The notes: generated from the sequence alone by a model not told the origin. Counted from the first letter of the stretch, positions 39,824 through 52,800 are shown. The stretch: DNA of 64,000 bases from Epiperipatus broadwayi (GCA_028023455.1 JAQFVV010000003.1:25234001-25298000), one strand, 5' to 3'. Program-made: numbers and translations.

Positions 39824-40145
39824 ATAATCAGCGATCGTAATTTCTTTTGTTTTACCACTGGCTATTTTCCAAAAGTTTTTTTATATTTTTCTTCAGTTAT
39901 TAACATTATTTTCAATTTTTCATTACATTTACAAATTTGAATGTGAAATAATTTGATTTTTCAAAGCTAAATAATCAGAGATCGTAATTTCTAAGAGAAA
40001 AAAAATCACTTTAAGATTTAAAAAAATCACCGGCAATGTCACATAATGATTAATTGAAATAGAATTCTTTTGTTTTACTGGAGGAAATTTTCGTTAGATT
40101 TACCCAATTTGAATGTGAAATAACTCTATTTTTATAAGCTAAATT
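39824..40145 (+). repeat. Imperfect direct repeats, possibly subterminal repeats of an unclassified DNA element
   Basis: AATAATCAG(C/A)GATCGTAATTTCT, TTCTTTTGTTTTAC and AATTTGAATGTGAAATAA...AAGCTAAA each occur twice. Confidence 0.55.
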
Positions 40146-41656
40146 AAAACAGTTCTGTTTATTGAAGGTTTTAATTTTTTGAATAGAAGCATACTCTAAA
40201 TGAAATTGATGAATAACATTACTTCAGACTTTTAAGTAATTGACCAATAAAATTAATTCCCTGTTTTCCCCAAAATAATTTGTCACCTTTAATTTTTTTT
40301 TGTAAGATAGAAGTGTTTGAATAATATGAATTTGGATTAATGGTACTCTATCGGGATTACATTAGCATAAATAATATCACTTTTAAAACAAATGCTAGAT
40401 CAACTTAACAAACCATATTGTTTGAAGCTTTTAAATTCCTATTACAAAATATTCACATTTTTGTTTCTTTTTTCTCCTTTTCTATTGTGACAAACAAGAA
40501 TTTGTAAACAAGATGAGCTCACTAGATCTCTTCAAACCTATATGACTGAAAAATAATCAAGGGGAGATAATACTCACCAGGCTTGCTAACTACTAGATAG
40601 TGAGACATTGAGTGTTTTTCCATTCTTGTTTTATTTTCAAGTTAAGAATATTTATTAACTAATGTTAGGATTGGCTGGATTTCTTATGTGGAAAAAATTC
40701 TAAGCCTGCTGAAAATATTCAAACATATTTTACTAGAATTTAAACTCAAGTTATAGAGAAGTCAGGCAGATATTTTACTGTTTGACAATGAAGTTTTTAA
40801 GATATTTGTAATAGTTTATGATGAGTATCCAAAAATAATCAGAATCATTTTCTGCAAGATGAGCTTGTCATAGTACATACTTCCAATCCTAGTTGTTTCT
40901 TGTGGGACTCTTCTACAATAGTCTACCAACTGTTACCATGAAGTGAAGTCATGGTGCAACATAGTAAATGATTTTGTTAAGTGCATATTGTTTGTCAATT
41001 TTGTAATAGTTTAAAAGTTTCAATGATATGAAATTCTGTTTAGGAAAATGCCAGGTGAAACAATTATAATGGTTGAAACAACTTACAAATAAATTGCTCT
41101 GGGAAAAAACCCAAGTTTATGAATGGTTTAATGGAAGTGTCAAATTCAGTATGTTCCAAAAAAATATGACAAGTCAAGTTCAATGTCAAGATGCTGTTCC
41201 TTTTTTTAATGCAAACAACATTGTTCATTCAGTATTCATTTGTAACAATCAGGAATTTCACCTATAAGTTCTGAAATGTTTGTATGATGTAGTAAAATAA
41301 AAATAGCCCAATTTATCCAAAAGTGGAGAGTGCAAGCTTCAGCATGACAGTGCACTAGCACTCAAAGTCTTGAGTGTGAAACAATTTTCAAATAAAACAG
41401 CATTTCTCAGCATATCCATATTCATATTCACTGGATCTCACTTTACGTGACTTCTTTTTATCATCCTGAATGAAAAAATACCTCAAAAGAAAATGTTTTG
41501 TGGACTTGGTAGTGGTGAAGATGAAAATTGTGGAGGCATTAAAAAGTATCACTTTGCAAGAGTTTCAGGACTACTTTGAAAAATGAAAAACATATTTACT
41601 CTAGTGCATTGCATCAAATGGACAGTACTTGTAACATCTAAAAATAAATAAACAAT

Positions 41657-44600
41657 TTTTTTTTTTTTAGTTTCCAAAATAATTTATTAAAGATTATATT
41701 ATTACATTAGAGGTTATTTGATACATATTTTATTCAAAGTGTTTTCTCATTCCTTCATTTGGTTTTTCCTGAATTTGAGTCAATTACTTTTCTGTTTTCT
41801 CCTTTTCAGAGTATCCTGCTATTGATTGTGCCATGGAGATGATAAATTTAGCATGTCCCAAGTCATGGTAAAAATAACCTCAGGGGTTATCAGGCTATCT
41901 CTTGTTCTTGTTTTTTTTAAATTGCTCTGCATGAAGTTAATAAGATTAAAATTTTGATGATTAAATACTAGCTTACATCTAGTAATTCATAATAGATGAT
42001 CAAGAATTAATGAGAGTCTAATTTATGGGTATGATCCTTTTCTGATATATTCTTCCAAAGTAAATATTTTACACTGATTTGGCTTGATCTGACTCATTGG
42101 TGTATTTTTAAGTTGCATTAATAGTTTCATCTTCTTTTTTGCAGTTGCATTAATGGTTTCATCTTCTTTTTTGCAAATCATTCAGGTTGAGTCAATTTTT
42201 GAGTACCCTCTTTTATTAACTAAAAATTCATTAGTAGGTATTGCATTTACATTGGTTTTGAGTAGATAATCCAGATATTTGGACTCTAATCTCCATATTT
42301 TGAATTTCCTTATTAATTTATCATTTGAGATGGCTAAACTTGAGAGACAGTCTTTTAAGTCAGTATGCTTTATACTAAATGCCTGCCAGTATGTTAATTT
42401 GTTTTGAAATGTGTCTTTATTGATTGTTATGCATTTCATAAACTCATTTAGTTGTAGATCCAGCCAGTTTCTTCTCTGCAGTGGTGGAGGCCAATCTGTT
42501 GGAATGATGAGTGTAGGAATTTCTTCATTCTCTTGATTCATTTTTAATTTATGGAGAAAACTATGACTTCTGGAACCATAAGGTAGAAATGTCATGAAGA
42601 CCCACTCTGTTAATGAATCTGTGTCATTGCATCTGTCTGTAGCTTATCACTACTGCTTTTTTTTTTTCCAGAATAGCCCAGAGCATAAGAATGCAATTTT
42701 CAAGATGAACCGTTTAGTGGGCTTAATCACAGGGAGATAATTAATCTTTGTCAATATCATCATGTTTAATAATGTGACTTTACCATAGATGGAAAGATGT
42801 ATTCCAGAGAATGATGTGATCTTTTTGGTTGCCTCCAGCAGGGATTGTTGGATATTGCTCCTCATTGAAACTGAAGACAAGTGCATTGGGAAACCGAGGA
42901 ATTTTCTGCAGCTTGGTCACAAATCTCAAGGCAACCATTTGTCCTGAGATCAACCTCCAAGCCACAGACTTCACCAGATTAAAATTTAACATAATATTTT
43001 GAATATTCATCTATCACCTCTTGTAGTTTCAGAATATGTTTTTCAGATGGGAGAATTACTAGTATGTCATCCATGTAGGACAGATGTTTAATTATTTTCT
43101 TAATTGGAGAAATATATAGTCCAGAGAGATTTGATTCAATACTTTCGAGGATTTATATATATGATGAACAGGAGAGCACTCAATGGGGAGCCCTGCAGGA
43201 TAGAAAATAAAGGTTTAAATCCTGGGCAACCTTTCCATCAAGCATCATTAATATTTCCCTGTTCATCAGGAAGTTCTCAATGATTGCCAAGAATATATTT
43301 GAGACTGAATATCTCTTCTGACTGAGTTGAATGCTACCAAAATGTCCAATTGGATAGCAATTGACCCAGCTTTCCTTGATGTTCTAATGTAATCAACAGT
43401 AAGCTTAAGCTGGCATACCTTTCTGTGGTCAATTGAACCTTTTTTGGCAAACTGTGAACATGATATATGCTTGTATATAACATCTTGTATGTGGTCTTTG
43501 ATTAGGCCCTCAATGACCTTGATTAATAGTAGTGTCATCAAGATAGCCTCAAATTATTAATGTTCATGGGGATGCCTTGCTTTTTTACAAAAGGCACCAG
43601 CAAGATTGGGTTGAGACTTTCCATGTCCCTGCACCACTTAGATAACTTGTCAATCATGTTTTTAATTATTGGAGTGGTGAAGTGACTGAGGGTGCAGGAA
43701 CATTAATTAAGGCACTGCGTGTGGTCCCAGGTGTGTGCTATCAGGGATTGATTGTAGTTTTTGAAGAATTTTTGCTTCTGTGATCCCATGTAGTCCATCA
43801 TTGTTTATGCTGTAATCATGTCGTATTTGCTGTCCTACATCATTCTGCAATTTTCTTTTAAAGTGATTGTGAATTTTCATCAGCATTGCAGTGCCTATGT
43901 ACAATTGTTCATCAATGAGAAGAGATGCTGATGTAATCTGTTTTTCCCTGCACCACCCACCCACCAAATATAGCTTTTTGTTCAGCAGTGGTGGTTGGCA
44001 AGAAAAATTTTTGCCTTTTGATTGCAATGAATTTCGCTAGTGCCCTTTGTGAATTTTATATCTTTCTTTCAGTTCTAGAATCAATTTCATGTTTCCCATT
44101 ACATTTGGATCTGAATTTAACCTGTCTTGAATATTATTTAGATCTTGCATGAGCTTGACTGGTCCTTTTTGGTTTCATGTATAGAAATCAATGATCAATC
44201 TTGTTATTTCAGTAAATACAATCCATGCTTCAATAGGCGGCAGGCTTAGGATGTTAATTTTTGGGAGGTAAATGTATATCTCAGCGAAGATAGCTGCAGG
44301 AACATGGATCTTTTTAAGCATCCTTGTTGTCTTCATAAGTCCACCAGAAATCTGGACAGCATCTTTTATATCAATCCAGACTTTCAAGGCCAGGTGATCT
44401 GAGAAGACCACTGGTTTGAGAGTTGTCTCAATTATAAAATGGAAGGTCTGGGGTGTAGTATAACAGATTGATCAGTGTTTTATATTTCTTTGTATAGAAG
44501 GAATATGTGCCTGAGGGGAAATAACCCTGGGCACACATAAATCCTCTATTAAAAGTGGATATATTTTTTATTAAATGTCTCATATGGTAAATTAAAATCC

Positions 44601-46234
44601 CTGAAGAGGATGGTGGCCCCATGGCAGGAGGAAATCACGATGTTGATCTTGTGTATTACTTTCAGGATTATTGATTCTACATTCTGTAGATATAAGTAAA
44701 TAATGTGAATTGTATTGTTTCCAGTCTTTATGCTCAGGATAAGACAATTACAGTCCACAATTTAAATTCAGACAGCCCAAAGTTTTATTAATCAGAAAGC
44801 CTACCCATGTTGGTTCTGTAATATCTTACATTATTTGCAGAAACTGGAAGTACATCTGGTATCAGTTTGGGGTTATTTCTATTTATTTCAGGGTTTTTGT
44901 TATGGTAGTTGCATCTGTGGAAGTGGAATTTCTTGTCTCCACATCTTTTATATATTCTACCCGGGCATCTGTGAACCTGGTGATCCCATTGCTTGCATAG
45001 GAAACATTCAGGTGCTACTCCTTGAAATATAATAAGTGTTGCATCCTCCACCATGAAAGAGATATCGTATGGTGTAACTCCCTTTTTTAATGCTATCATA
45101 AATGTTGCTGTGTTGGATAGTACATGCACCTCTGCCCCTTTTTCCTTGGTATATTTGATCTAGATATGGCTCCATAGGGATTTAGTAGCTTTTGTAAATC
45201 TTGGGTGTAAAGTCAATAAAACATTTTTTTACTCTTCCATATGCAGTCAATGGCTTGTTATTTGACAAAGGCAGAGATTTCCCAAGGTTTGATAATTCTT
45301 CATGAAGATTGCTTTGTGCAAGGGATTGGTAAGTTCAATTATGAGATATCTCCTATTTGAGTGATGCAGAATTTTAGTGATGTATTGTCATTGTTCCTCT
45401 GATTTAAGCATTTTGTAAAATGTATCTGTAGGGAAGTTAAACAGTCTATTCTCATCATTTGTAACAGCTAATATTATAGAATTATTGTTTTGGTATTTTT
45501 TGAATGATTTTAAAAGCAGAGGTGGTATAATAAGGTTAAAATTATCATTAATAGTTTTATATTGTTCCCAGTCTAAGCTTAAATAATTTATTTGAATCAG
45601 GCCCTTTCTCTGGCTCTTGTGTTTGAGAAAGGTTATCCTCAATGTCCTCCATTAGTTCAAAAACAGTATTTTGCAATTCAGTATTAGATTGAGAATTTTG
45701 ATTACATGAAATGTTTGAGCTTTTTAAAGAGTCAGCATATGATTTAGAGCCTTTATTAATATTTTTGTTATCTTAATTTTTTCCTATTAGACTTTCATAA
45801 GTTGTATTAACTCTGTGGTTATATTCTGTATTTGATATAGGTTTTTGATTATTAGTTGTAAAATTAGAATTGGGCTTGAGTTAGAATAAGAAGCATTTGA
45901 GTTGTATTTTAATGGTTTTATTATATGCCCTTTAGTTAAATCTTTTGTTCATTATATAAATGTCTGTTTGATTCTGTGTTTCATTATGCTTGTATTTTAA
46001 TGGTTTTATTATATACCCTTTAGTTAAATCTTGCTTTTGTGATCCTGTATGATCATTTTTGTTCATTAGATACATGTCTGTTTGATTCTGTGTTTCATTA
46101 TATTTGTTGAATCTTTGATTTTCTTTAGTCAAGTTGATCAAATCTGTTTTAAAAGATGATTCAGCATTTTTTCCTTCTTCATTTTCTTTAGCAATGGCCG
46201 CCATTTTTAGTCAAAAATGAAAAAAAAAGTTTTC
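41657..46234 (-). mobile_element. Full-length decayed L1/Tx1-clade LINE (ORF1 with CCHC knuckles; ORF2 APE-RT-CCHC)
   Basis: ORF1 starts MAAIAKENEEG at 46204 and has CFLCKQWDHQVHRC; APE pieces (DFNL, FSDHLAL); RT (IQLDILVAFN, QGSPL, YMDDIL); poly(A) at 41657-41668; TSD AATAAACAAT at 41647-41656 and 46235-46244. Confidence 0.9.
44788..46204 (-). pseudogene. L1 ORF1 (gag-like nucleic-acid chaperone), frameshifted
   Basis: Fragments 45932-46204, 45388-45642 and 44788-45129. C-x2-C-x4-H-x4-C knuckle plus a second degenerate knuckle; imperfect internal duplication at about 45901-46101. Confidence 0.75.
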
Positions 46235-46596
46235 AATAAACAATATTTTGTTACAAAACTCTGATTATTTTGTGTACTCATATTTACTGGAGATTGAAAT
46301 ACCAATTGACCTTAATAATATTTTTCCTTTAGATGTTGATCTAGTTAAAATGATATAAAAATATTCAAATCATGGTAATATATCATACAATGGAGAAGGG
46401 AATTGTTGCTTTACCATGATTATACTGTCCCTAAATTCAGCTAAGAAAGGACACTTTTTGAAGATTGCTTTGTCAACTAATTTGATTATCTTCTAGCTTG
46501 ATAAATTATTTTAAGTTTCCAGACATTAAAACTATTATTCATTTAGGAATGGCTGTCATATTTTCCCAAATCTTGGTAATATTTTCAGAAGTACAA

Positions 46597-46720
46597 CCCC
46601 GTGTGGTTTAGACCAGTGATAGAGTGTCAGACTAAGGAATAAGAGGTTCTGGAATTGATTCTAGTACTGACATTTTCAGCCCTCAAATTTTTTTATGAAC
46701 TCATAAACAATAAAGCCATT
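46597..46720 (+). mobile_element. tRNA-derived SINE, family B
   Basis: GTGGTTTAGACCAGTGATAGAGTGTCAGACTAAGGAATAAGAGGTTCTGGAATTGATTC...TTATGAACTCATAAACAATAAAGCCAT. Confidence 0.7.
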
Positions 46721-48257
46721 GATTATTTATATATATCAGAACAACAAAAGTGATTCAATTTATTAAATTTGAAATGCATCCAGTGTTGTATGTAAATGCT
46801 ATATGCTGAAGCCACATGTATTTAAAAAGTGGCAATTCTCAGATTATAATAATTGTCTTTAAATTACTAATAATTTTATGTTGTAGTTCATTAATAAAAG
46901 ATTTTTAAGATTAAATAAACTCATTTCAGTATTAGTTAAAAATATTAAGTAGCATATCTGGTGCCCCAGGACACTGTTTTTTCCTATAAGATTTCCTTAA
47001 TTAAGAATACGATCGTAACTCAATATACACGGCGAACGTGTTTGAGAAAAAAAAATAAATAAACATTGAATTATTAAGTATACAATTCTATGAAAGGAAG
47101 TGGTCAAAGGAATAAATCTTGAAAATGACCATACGTTGGTGTATCGGTGATATATAATAATATACTACAAAGATGTAAAAATAAAAACTTAGTTCACACA
47201 ATAAAACTAGTTTTATAAAGAAAATGAATATGTAGAAAATTATTTATATATTTTAATAATTGTCAGTTTCGTCAGACATAGAAGTAGCAGGTTTTAATTT
47301 CATTGCAAATAACAAAATAGTTCAGTGATAATTATCTTTATATTTTTCCATGTGTTTTATCTCAGAATTGTCTAACCAAATTATATTCTTAAATATTAGC
47401 ATTTTAAATTAAAAAAAAGAACTTACAAATTCTTAATTATTAGCATTTTACATTTTTTTTATTTTAAAAAAGATATTATCATAGTATCACCATGACGTTT
47501 GAATATTTAAATGTTACCTGAATACAATAATTTTATTCAATTCATCAAATTGAGATTTTATTTATGCTTTTCTAAACTATAAATTAAACTAACAATCTTT
47601 ATGTTAAACTACACAAGACACACAACTTTCAAAAAACATATTCTTCTCTTTATTTTATTCACACACCTGTGAATATCTGATGCCTTCATCACCTGAAAAG
47701 AAGGCTGTATCTTATCATAATAATGTTTAAATTTTATCTCACAACCCATATTAATCTAGGACTTTATTCTCAAACTAAGAATAACTAAATACTAATTTAC
47801 TACTAGGCTGGCTAAAGACTGGTTTCCTAAAAAGAAACTCAGGTTTGCCTAAATATTTTTAGTTATCTATAGAAAATTTCAGGCTTATATTGATATTTGA
47901 ACATAATAAAATCATATGCATATATCAAAAGAATATGCTAACCATTCCAAAAGTTACTCTCTATTGACAATGAATTAAATATGATTGTATTTAACCTTCT
48001 AAGTCTATTTCATTTTGATACATTGCTTTCTGTGGTTTAGCATAGTGTTAGAATGGAAATCTCAAGTTGTGTTGGTTCTTGAATTAATTCCCAAATGAGA
48101 GGAGGGGGTAAGTAGTTCAGTCAACTGAGTGGAAATGTTATCTTCATTCTATTATTTTCATTCTTAAACATCACGTGATCTTCTGAGCAATAGATCATAG
48201 GACTATATTATGTCACAAGAAACACCTTAACAAGTCAAAATCATGGTAGAATATAAT

Positions 48258-48369
48258 TTAATAGTTGTAAGCAACAGTTGAAACTGCAGTTTTAAAATTT
48301 TTATGAGCATCGTCAATTCTCTTAGTATATAGCATTGCAGAGAGTACTGTCAGACAAACTGCTCCCACA
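48258..48369 (-). CDS. Speculative terminal exon encoding a transmembrane helix and short tail
   Basis: After AACTCAG| the frame reads VGAVCLTVLSAMLYTKRIDDAHKNFKTAVSTVAYNY*. GC is locally raised, but no homology is recognised. Confidence 0.2.
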
Positions 48370-49243
48370 CTGAGTTAATATAAATATAATAAATACATGC
48401 AAATAGAAACAGACTACATTTCTGTGTACTATTGGCATTAATACAGTACTCATTTTCTGACAAGGAGAAATTGGGGTTACATATATGAGTAATTTTACAA
48501 TGATTATTACAGCATTCCCACATCCACACCAAATTCTCCCAATCTGTAGTTTTAAATACTCCATGGTACCAAAAGGAATATTTTGCTATCAGATAATATT
48601 CAAAATGATTTAGATTATTTTTTACTAGTTTACGTAGACAGCACCAATTTTCTACCTATTTTGAATGTTTTCTAGGAATTATATTAAAAAAGTATTGCCA
48701 ACCCAAGTTTCACTACCAATATATATGATAGACAAGATTGATAAATTATGCTGTAACATAAATACTATTTAATAGTTCAAAAAAAAAAATGATTTTAGAG
48801 GTGGTTCTCATCACTCTACTTCAGAACAATCTCATATGTTTGATGCATTAATTGATAGTAAATCGTAATGATCACAGATCAGTTTTTGAGATTACATATA
48901 TATAACCAATAATCAAATTCCTTTAGCCTGAAATTTAAAAAACACTGAAGATTTGAAATGAAGCCAACTTGCTTGCATAATTATATAGATCTGATACCAA
49001 ACAATAACTGCATATTTTAATGATTTTAATTTTAAGTTATCTGTAGTCCCTTTCTATTATTTGGGTAGAAGTGTTAATACCAATCAAACATCAGATAACA
49101 TTCTCAGCTTGGTCTTAAAAATTTATGGTAAAACTAGGTTGAGTAAGTCATATAATTATTGCTTTGTTAATAAAATGATGTTAACAGCTAAAAATGGAGT
49201 TACAAAATCATAAATTTATCTTTCTTATTGCATTGTCAAATCC

Positions 49244-49388
49244 ATATAATATTAATATCATCTATTTTCTTTATTTCTTTTTACATTGCTTTTTTTACAA
49301 TTCACTATTGACAGTTCTATCAATAGTGAGTTGTAAAAAAAAGCAATGCAAAAAGTAATAAAGAAAATAGATGATTTTAATATTATAT
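49244..49388. repeat. Near-perfect hairpin (about 68-bp stem, 8-nt loop)
   Basis: CATCTATTTTCTTTATTTCTTTTTACATTGCTTTTTTTACAATTCACTATTGA-cagttcta-TCAATAGTGAGTTGTAAAAAAAAGCAATGCAAAAAGTAATAAAGAAAATAGATG. Confidence 0.9.
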
Positions 49389-49719
49389 TAGTTACAAAAT
49401 TACTTTAGGGCAGATCAAGAGCATTATTTTTAACCGGTATCTAAATGGACTTTCTCTATTCTTTGCACCCAGACTGTAGACATATTGTTAACAACTATTC
49501 AATATTTTACATTGATAGAAAATATTCAGACTAATATAATTTCCTATAATGTCAAATGGTCTAATTCTCTATCAATAATTCTATAAAATATATTCACTAT
49601 TAGAAATGTATTGATTTAATTAATTCTTTGATTGAATTGCTATAAAATAAATAAAATAACAAAAAAATATAATGTTATGTGATTTTTTTTAATTTTCTAA
49701 AAATCTAGTTTGTTGCTTG

Positions 49720-51440
49720 GTAATTCACTGGAGGCACCTGGAAGCACCCAGTCAGAGAGTTGGCTGCAGAAACAAGATAACCTTCAATGATGACTCTCAA
49801 TGAGACACTACTATTGATAAATCATGCAAATTGCCACCTCCAAACATTCCATGTCTAAAAATAGGGAGTGGTCTAAAAGAATTGCTGCTGCCAAGCAATA
49901 TTTTCTTGATAACAATATCATGTACAACAAAGAAGATAAAGACCATCACTTTGTATTACTTTCCAAACAACACTCAGACTCAAATTTAAACCAAATGGCA
50001 TCTTACAACATCAAAAACAAAAAGACAAATTTATTTCCACTGTCCTCCATAAATTCTCCAACAAAGCCTTTTCCAAACAGGAATATTATATTTGCCAACA
50101 TTAAGCTGCACAAAGACAATCACCCTTCTTGGTTAATGATCGATTTTGGTGGCATGTATTGTTATAAAGCCACCAAGATGATTAATCAATGGCTTGATTT
50201 AATCAAAATAGTTTAAATCAACATGACTACCTCATCACTGAACTCTACAGCTCAATGATCAAGAAGATATTAGAGCATGCAAAATATCCTCAAAAACAAA
50301 TTTCATTATCGAGTGCCTAATTTGGATTTCACAATGACATCACAGCTTCATTTGATAGGTTTACTATAAAATGGAAGATGTCTGGCTCATAGGATTTACC
50401 AGAAGTGGCATCATCTTGAATATCTTTCTTAATCTCTTTGAAGAAAGGATCCTACCCACATATAGCACCTTAAACTCCTCTTTATTATATGTTTATAAGA
50501 GGATGACATTTTTATTTGTATCTCAGATGCTCTGATTAGCCAAATCCAGCAGGACCTTGCTCAAGCAACATCTCTCATATGGGCCAGAAAAAATGTGAAC
50601 AATCTCAATGATATACATTCAGTGCAACTGCCTTCATCTCAATTACAAAATGCTCTTAAAATCCATACCTATACACAACTTCATCTACCCAAAATCATTC
50701 ACACCAAGCACTCATAAACTAGCTGGACTTCTCTGCCTGCACCATAACTGCCACATTCGCAAATTTGAATGAGACAGAAAGAACAACATCAGCACATACA
50801 GAATGTTGGCTATAAAGATTTGGCTTTACTATAAATGATTAAAAATTCCTACAATAGAAAATGACATCCCCTCCCTCACAAACAAAAAACATTGGATTTC
50901 TCTCCTATATACCCAAATTATTCACCACATTACCAAAGTCATCACAGCCACACATCTAGTTGCATTTCATACATCATCTACTCAACAACTCAAAGGACAA
51001 ACTGCCAAACAAGCTTTACTCTCTCTACAGAATTAAGTGTCAAGATCCATCTTGCTCTTCCAGCTATTACAGCGAATCTTGGGCCAACTTATCAAATATA
51101 TATATTGCTCAACCCTCATATCTTTATAATAAAGCTAAAACACATGCTGACACCTGCTCAATCTTTTTGGATCACTTCTTCACAACAGCCATGCCTTCAG
51201 GCCCATCCAGTTCAACATCATCTCACAGAGCACAATAATGCCAAACACAAAATCAAAGAAATGAGGTGCATTTTAAGGGACAAACACTATTAACAAAAGA
51301 GATTTCTGTGCCTTCTTTTTCTAAAAAATGGCCTATCCAAGCTGCATAACCTTAAATGCAAATATTATGTAATTTATCCTGAACACAATATATGTGTATG
51401 TGCCCACACTCCCATCACAATTACTACTATGTTAATGATT
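49720..51440 (+). mobile_element. Decayed Penelope-like element (RT + GIY-YIG)
   Basis: IKLHKDNHPS.L.ID (cf. KIHK..P.RPI), GGATGACATTTTT (DDIF) and KDKLPNKLYSLYRIKCQDPSCSSSYYSES (GIY-YIG-type V-Y-x-I-x-C...Y-x-G-E). Boundaries approximate. Confidence 0.8.
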
Positions 51441-51534
51441 TTTTAAGTCAAAAGGATGCTAAGCACATTATGCTTAATTAACATTATTTAAGCTTTGCTC
51501 TATACATTCTGTGGTGCTTGTCTTATAGATAAAG

Positions 51535-52800
51535 ATTCCGTTGGATGGTGCCATTTTCACAATAAAACTATAAAATATGACCATTCTCGGGCCATTGATT
51601 ATAATAATTTTGCTGTGCTTTTTTGTAATGCGAAAATAAAAACAAAACAAAATCGTCTTTTTTAAATATTATTTTTTATTAACGTATACAATTTAAATCA
51701 TAATAATAAATGTAAAATAAAATCAACAAATTACAATTTGATTCGTGTTTTTTATATTGTATACTTTTTAAATTGTGTTACGGCTTTTTTTTATCAATTT
51801 TCTATCGGATATTTTTTACTTGTGTTACGACTTTTTTTGTTGTTGTTTAACTAAAAAATAATAATCGTAACAAAAGTAAAAGTTGTTACGGTTACATTTA
51901 GGGTTAGTTTTAGGGTTAGGTTTAGGGTTAGGTTTAGGGTTAGGTTTAGGGTTAGTTTTAGGGTTAGGTTTAGGGTTAGTTTTAGGGTTAGTGTTCTGTT
52001 GTTTATAATGCTAAAATAAAAAAATTCAAAATCATAAACCGTACTCGGACAAAATAAAGAAACTCAAACTTTTTTAAACAACAACAAACACATACAAATG
52101 TCTTCTTTACTTATTAAACATGTTTATAATATTTGCTTTTTATGAAATTTACAAAAAAAACTGTATATTTGGACTTTTCTTACTGGATATTTTTTCGTAC
52201 CGCTCTTTTTTACTTCAAAAATATACAGATGGTAGAATCTTTTTTGTCTCGTGGAATGTTACGAACAGTACGTTACTTGACATGTTACCTAATTGCAACT
52301 CAATAAAAACATAGATATTTAACATTTTCCCAAATAAAAGTTCAATACAGTATGTTGTAAAAAGTCTTAGAATTATTGCTTTAAAAAATCTGAACATTTT
52401 AATACTTTAAAATATAAAAAAATCCAATGAAAACAACATTTCAATACAATTCAAATACAAACTCTCTCATCAAGCCGTAATTATTTTATAAATTGTGCGA
52501 ATTCGGAAAATGTATTTGCTGCTATGCGACATACATGCTGTACTGTGATGCAACATAGTGGCCTGCATTCTGTAGCACAACAAAAAAGTTGTATTATAGA
52601 AAATGCGGGTTTGAATGTGTCGACCACGGAAACAGCATTTGTATGTGTTTTGGCACGAAAACCGTGCCATAGAGCGGCATCTTTAGCTAAAAGATGAGTA
52701 CCCATTCTGCAAATTTGTTCATTACATTTCTTTAGAGGTAAAGCACTGAAATGTATAATTATGCTGAGAGATTTTATCATCACTATAACTTCTACCTATT
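51535..52800. other. CpG-retaining segment carrying a telomere-like minisatellite; likely a young non-autonomous element or a regulatory island
   Basis: Many CpGs against a depleted background, and a recurring GTTACG/CGTAAC motif at about 51775-51895. No termini identified. Confidence 0.4.
51897..51992 (+). repeat. (TTTAGGGTTAGK)8 telomere-like minisatellite
   Basis: Eight exact 12-bp units, 4 ending in G and 4 in T. Each G-ending unit equals TTTAGGG + TTAGG. Confidence 0.95.

Larger units (their letters stand above)
40820..46282 (+). mobile_element. Decayed, internally deleted mariner transposon interrupted by an L1 insertion
   Basis: Transposase remnants at about 41050-41630 (HD.A.AL, HI...PYSLDL...DFFL resembling HDNAPAH/HPPYSPDLAPCDFFLF). 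TIRs ATGAGTATCCAAAAATAATCAGA (40821) and TCTGATTATTTTGTGTACTCA-TA (to 46282). Confidence 0.8.

Noticed and set aside
42111-42174. 32-bp tandem duplication in the L1 zinc-finger region as a functional repeat
   Set aside because: It is frame-breaking and within a dead copy; post-insertion slippage.
51425-51460. Hammerhead at the 3' end of the plus-strand Penelope (TTAATGA...GTCAAAAG)
   Set aside because: There are too many core mismatches and no stem I or III support.
51897-51992. True chromosome end or CRISPR-like array
   Set aside because: The array is short, internal and flanked by complex sequence on both sides, and the units are contiguous with no spacers. No cas genes or other prokaryotic features appear anywhere in the window.
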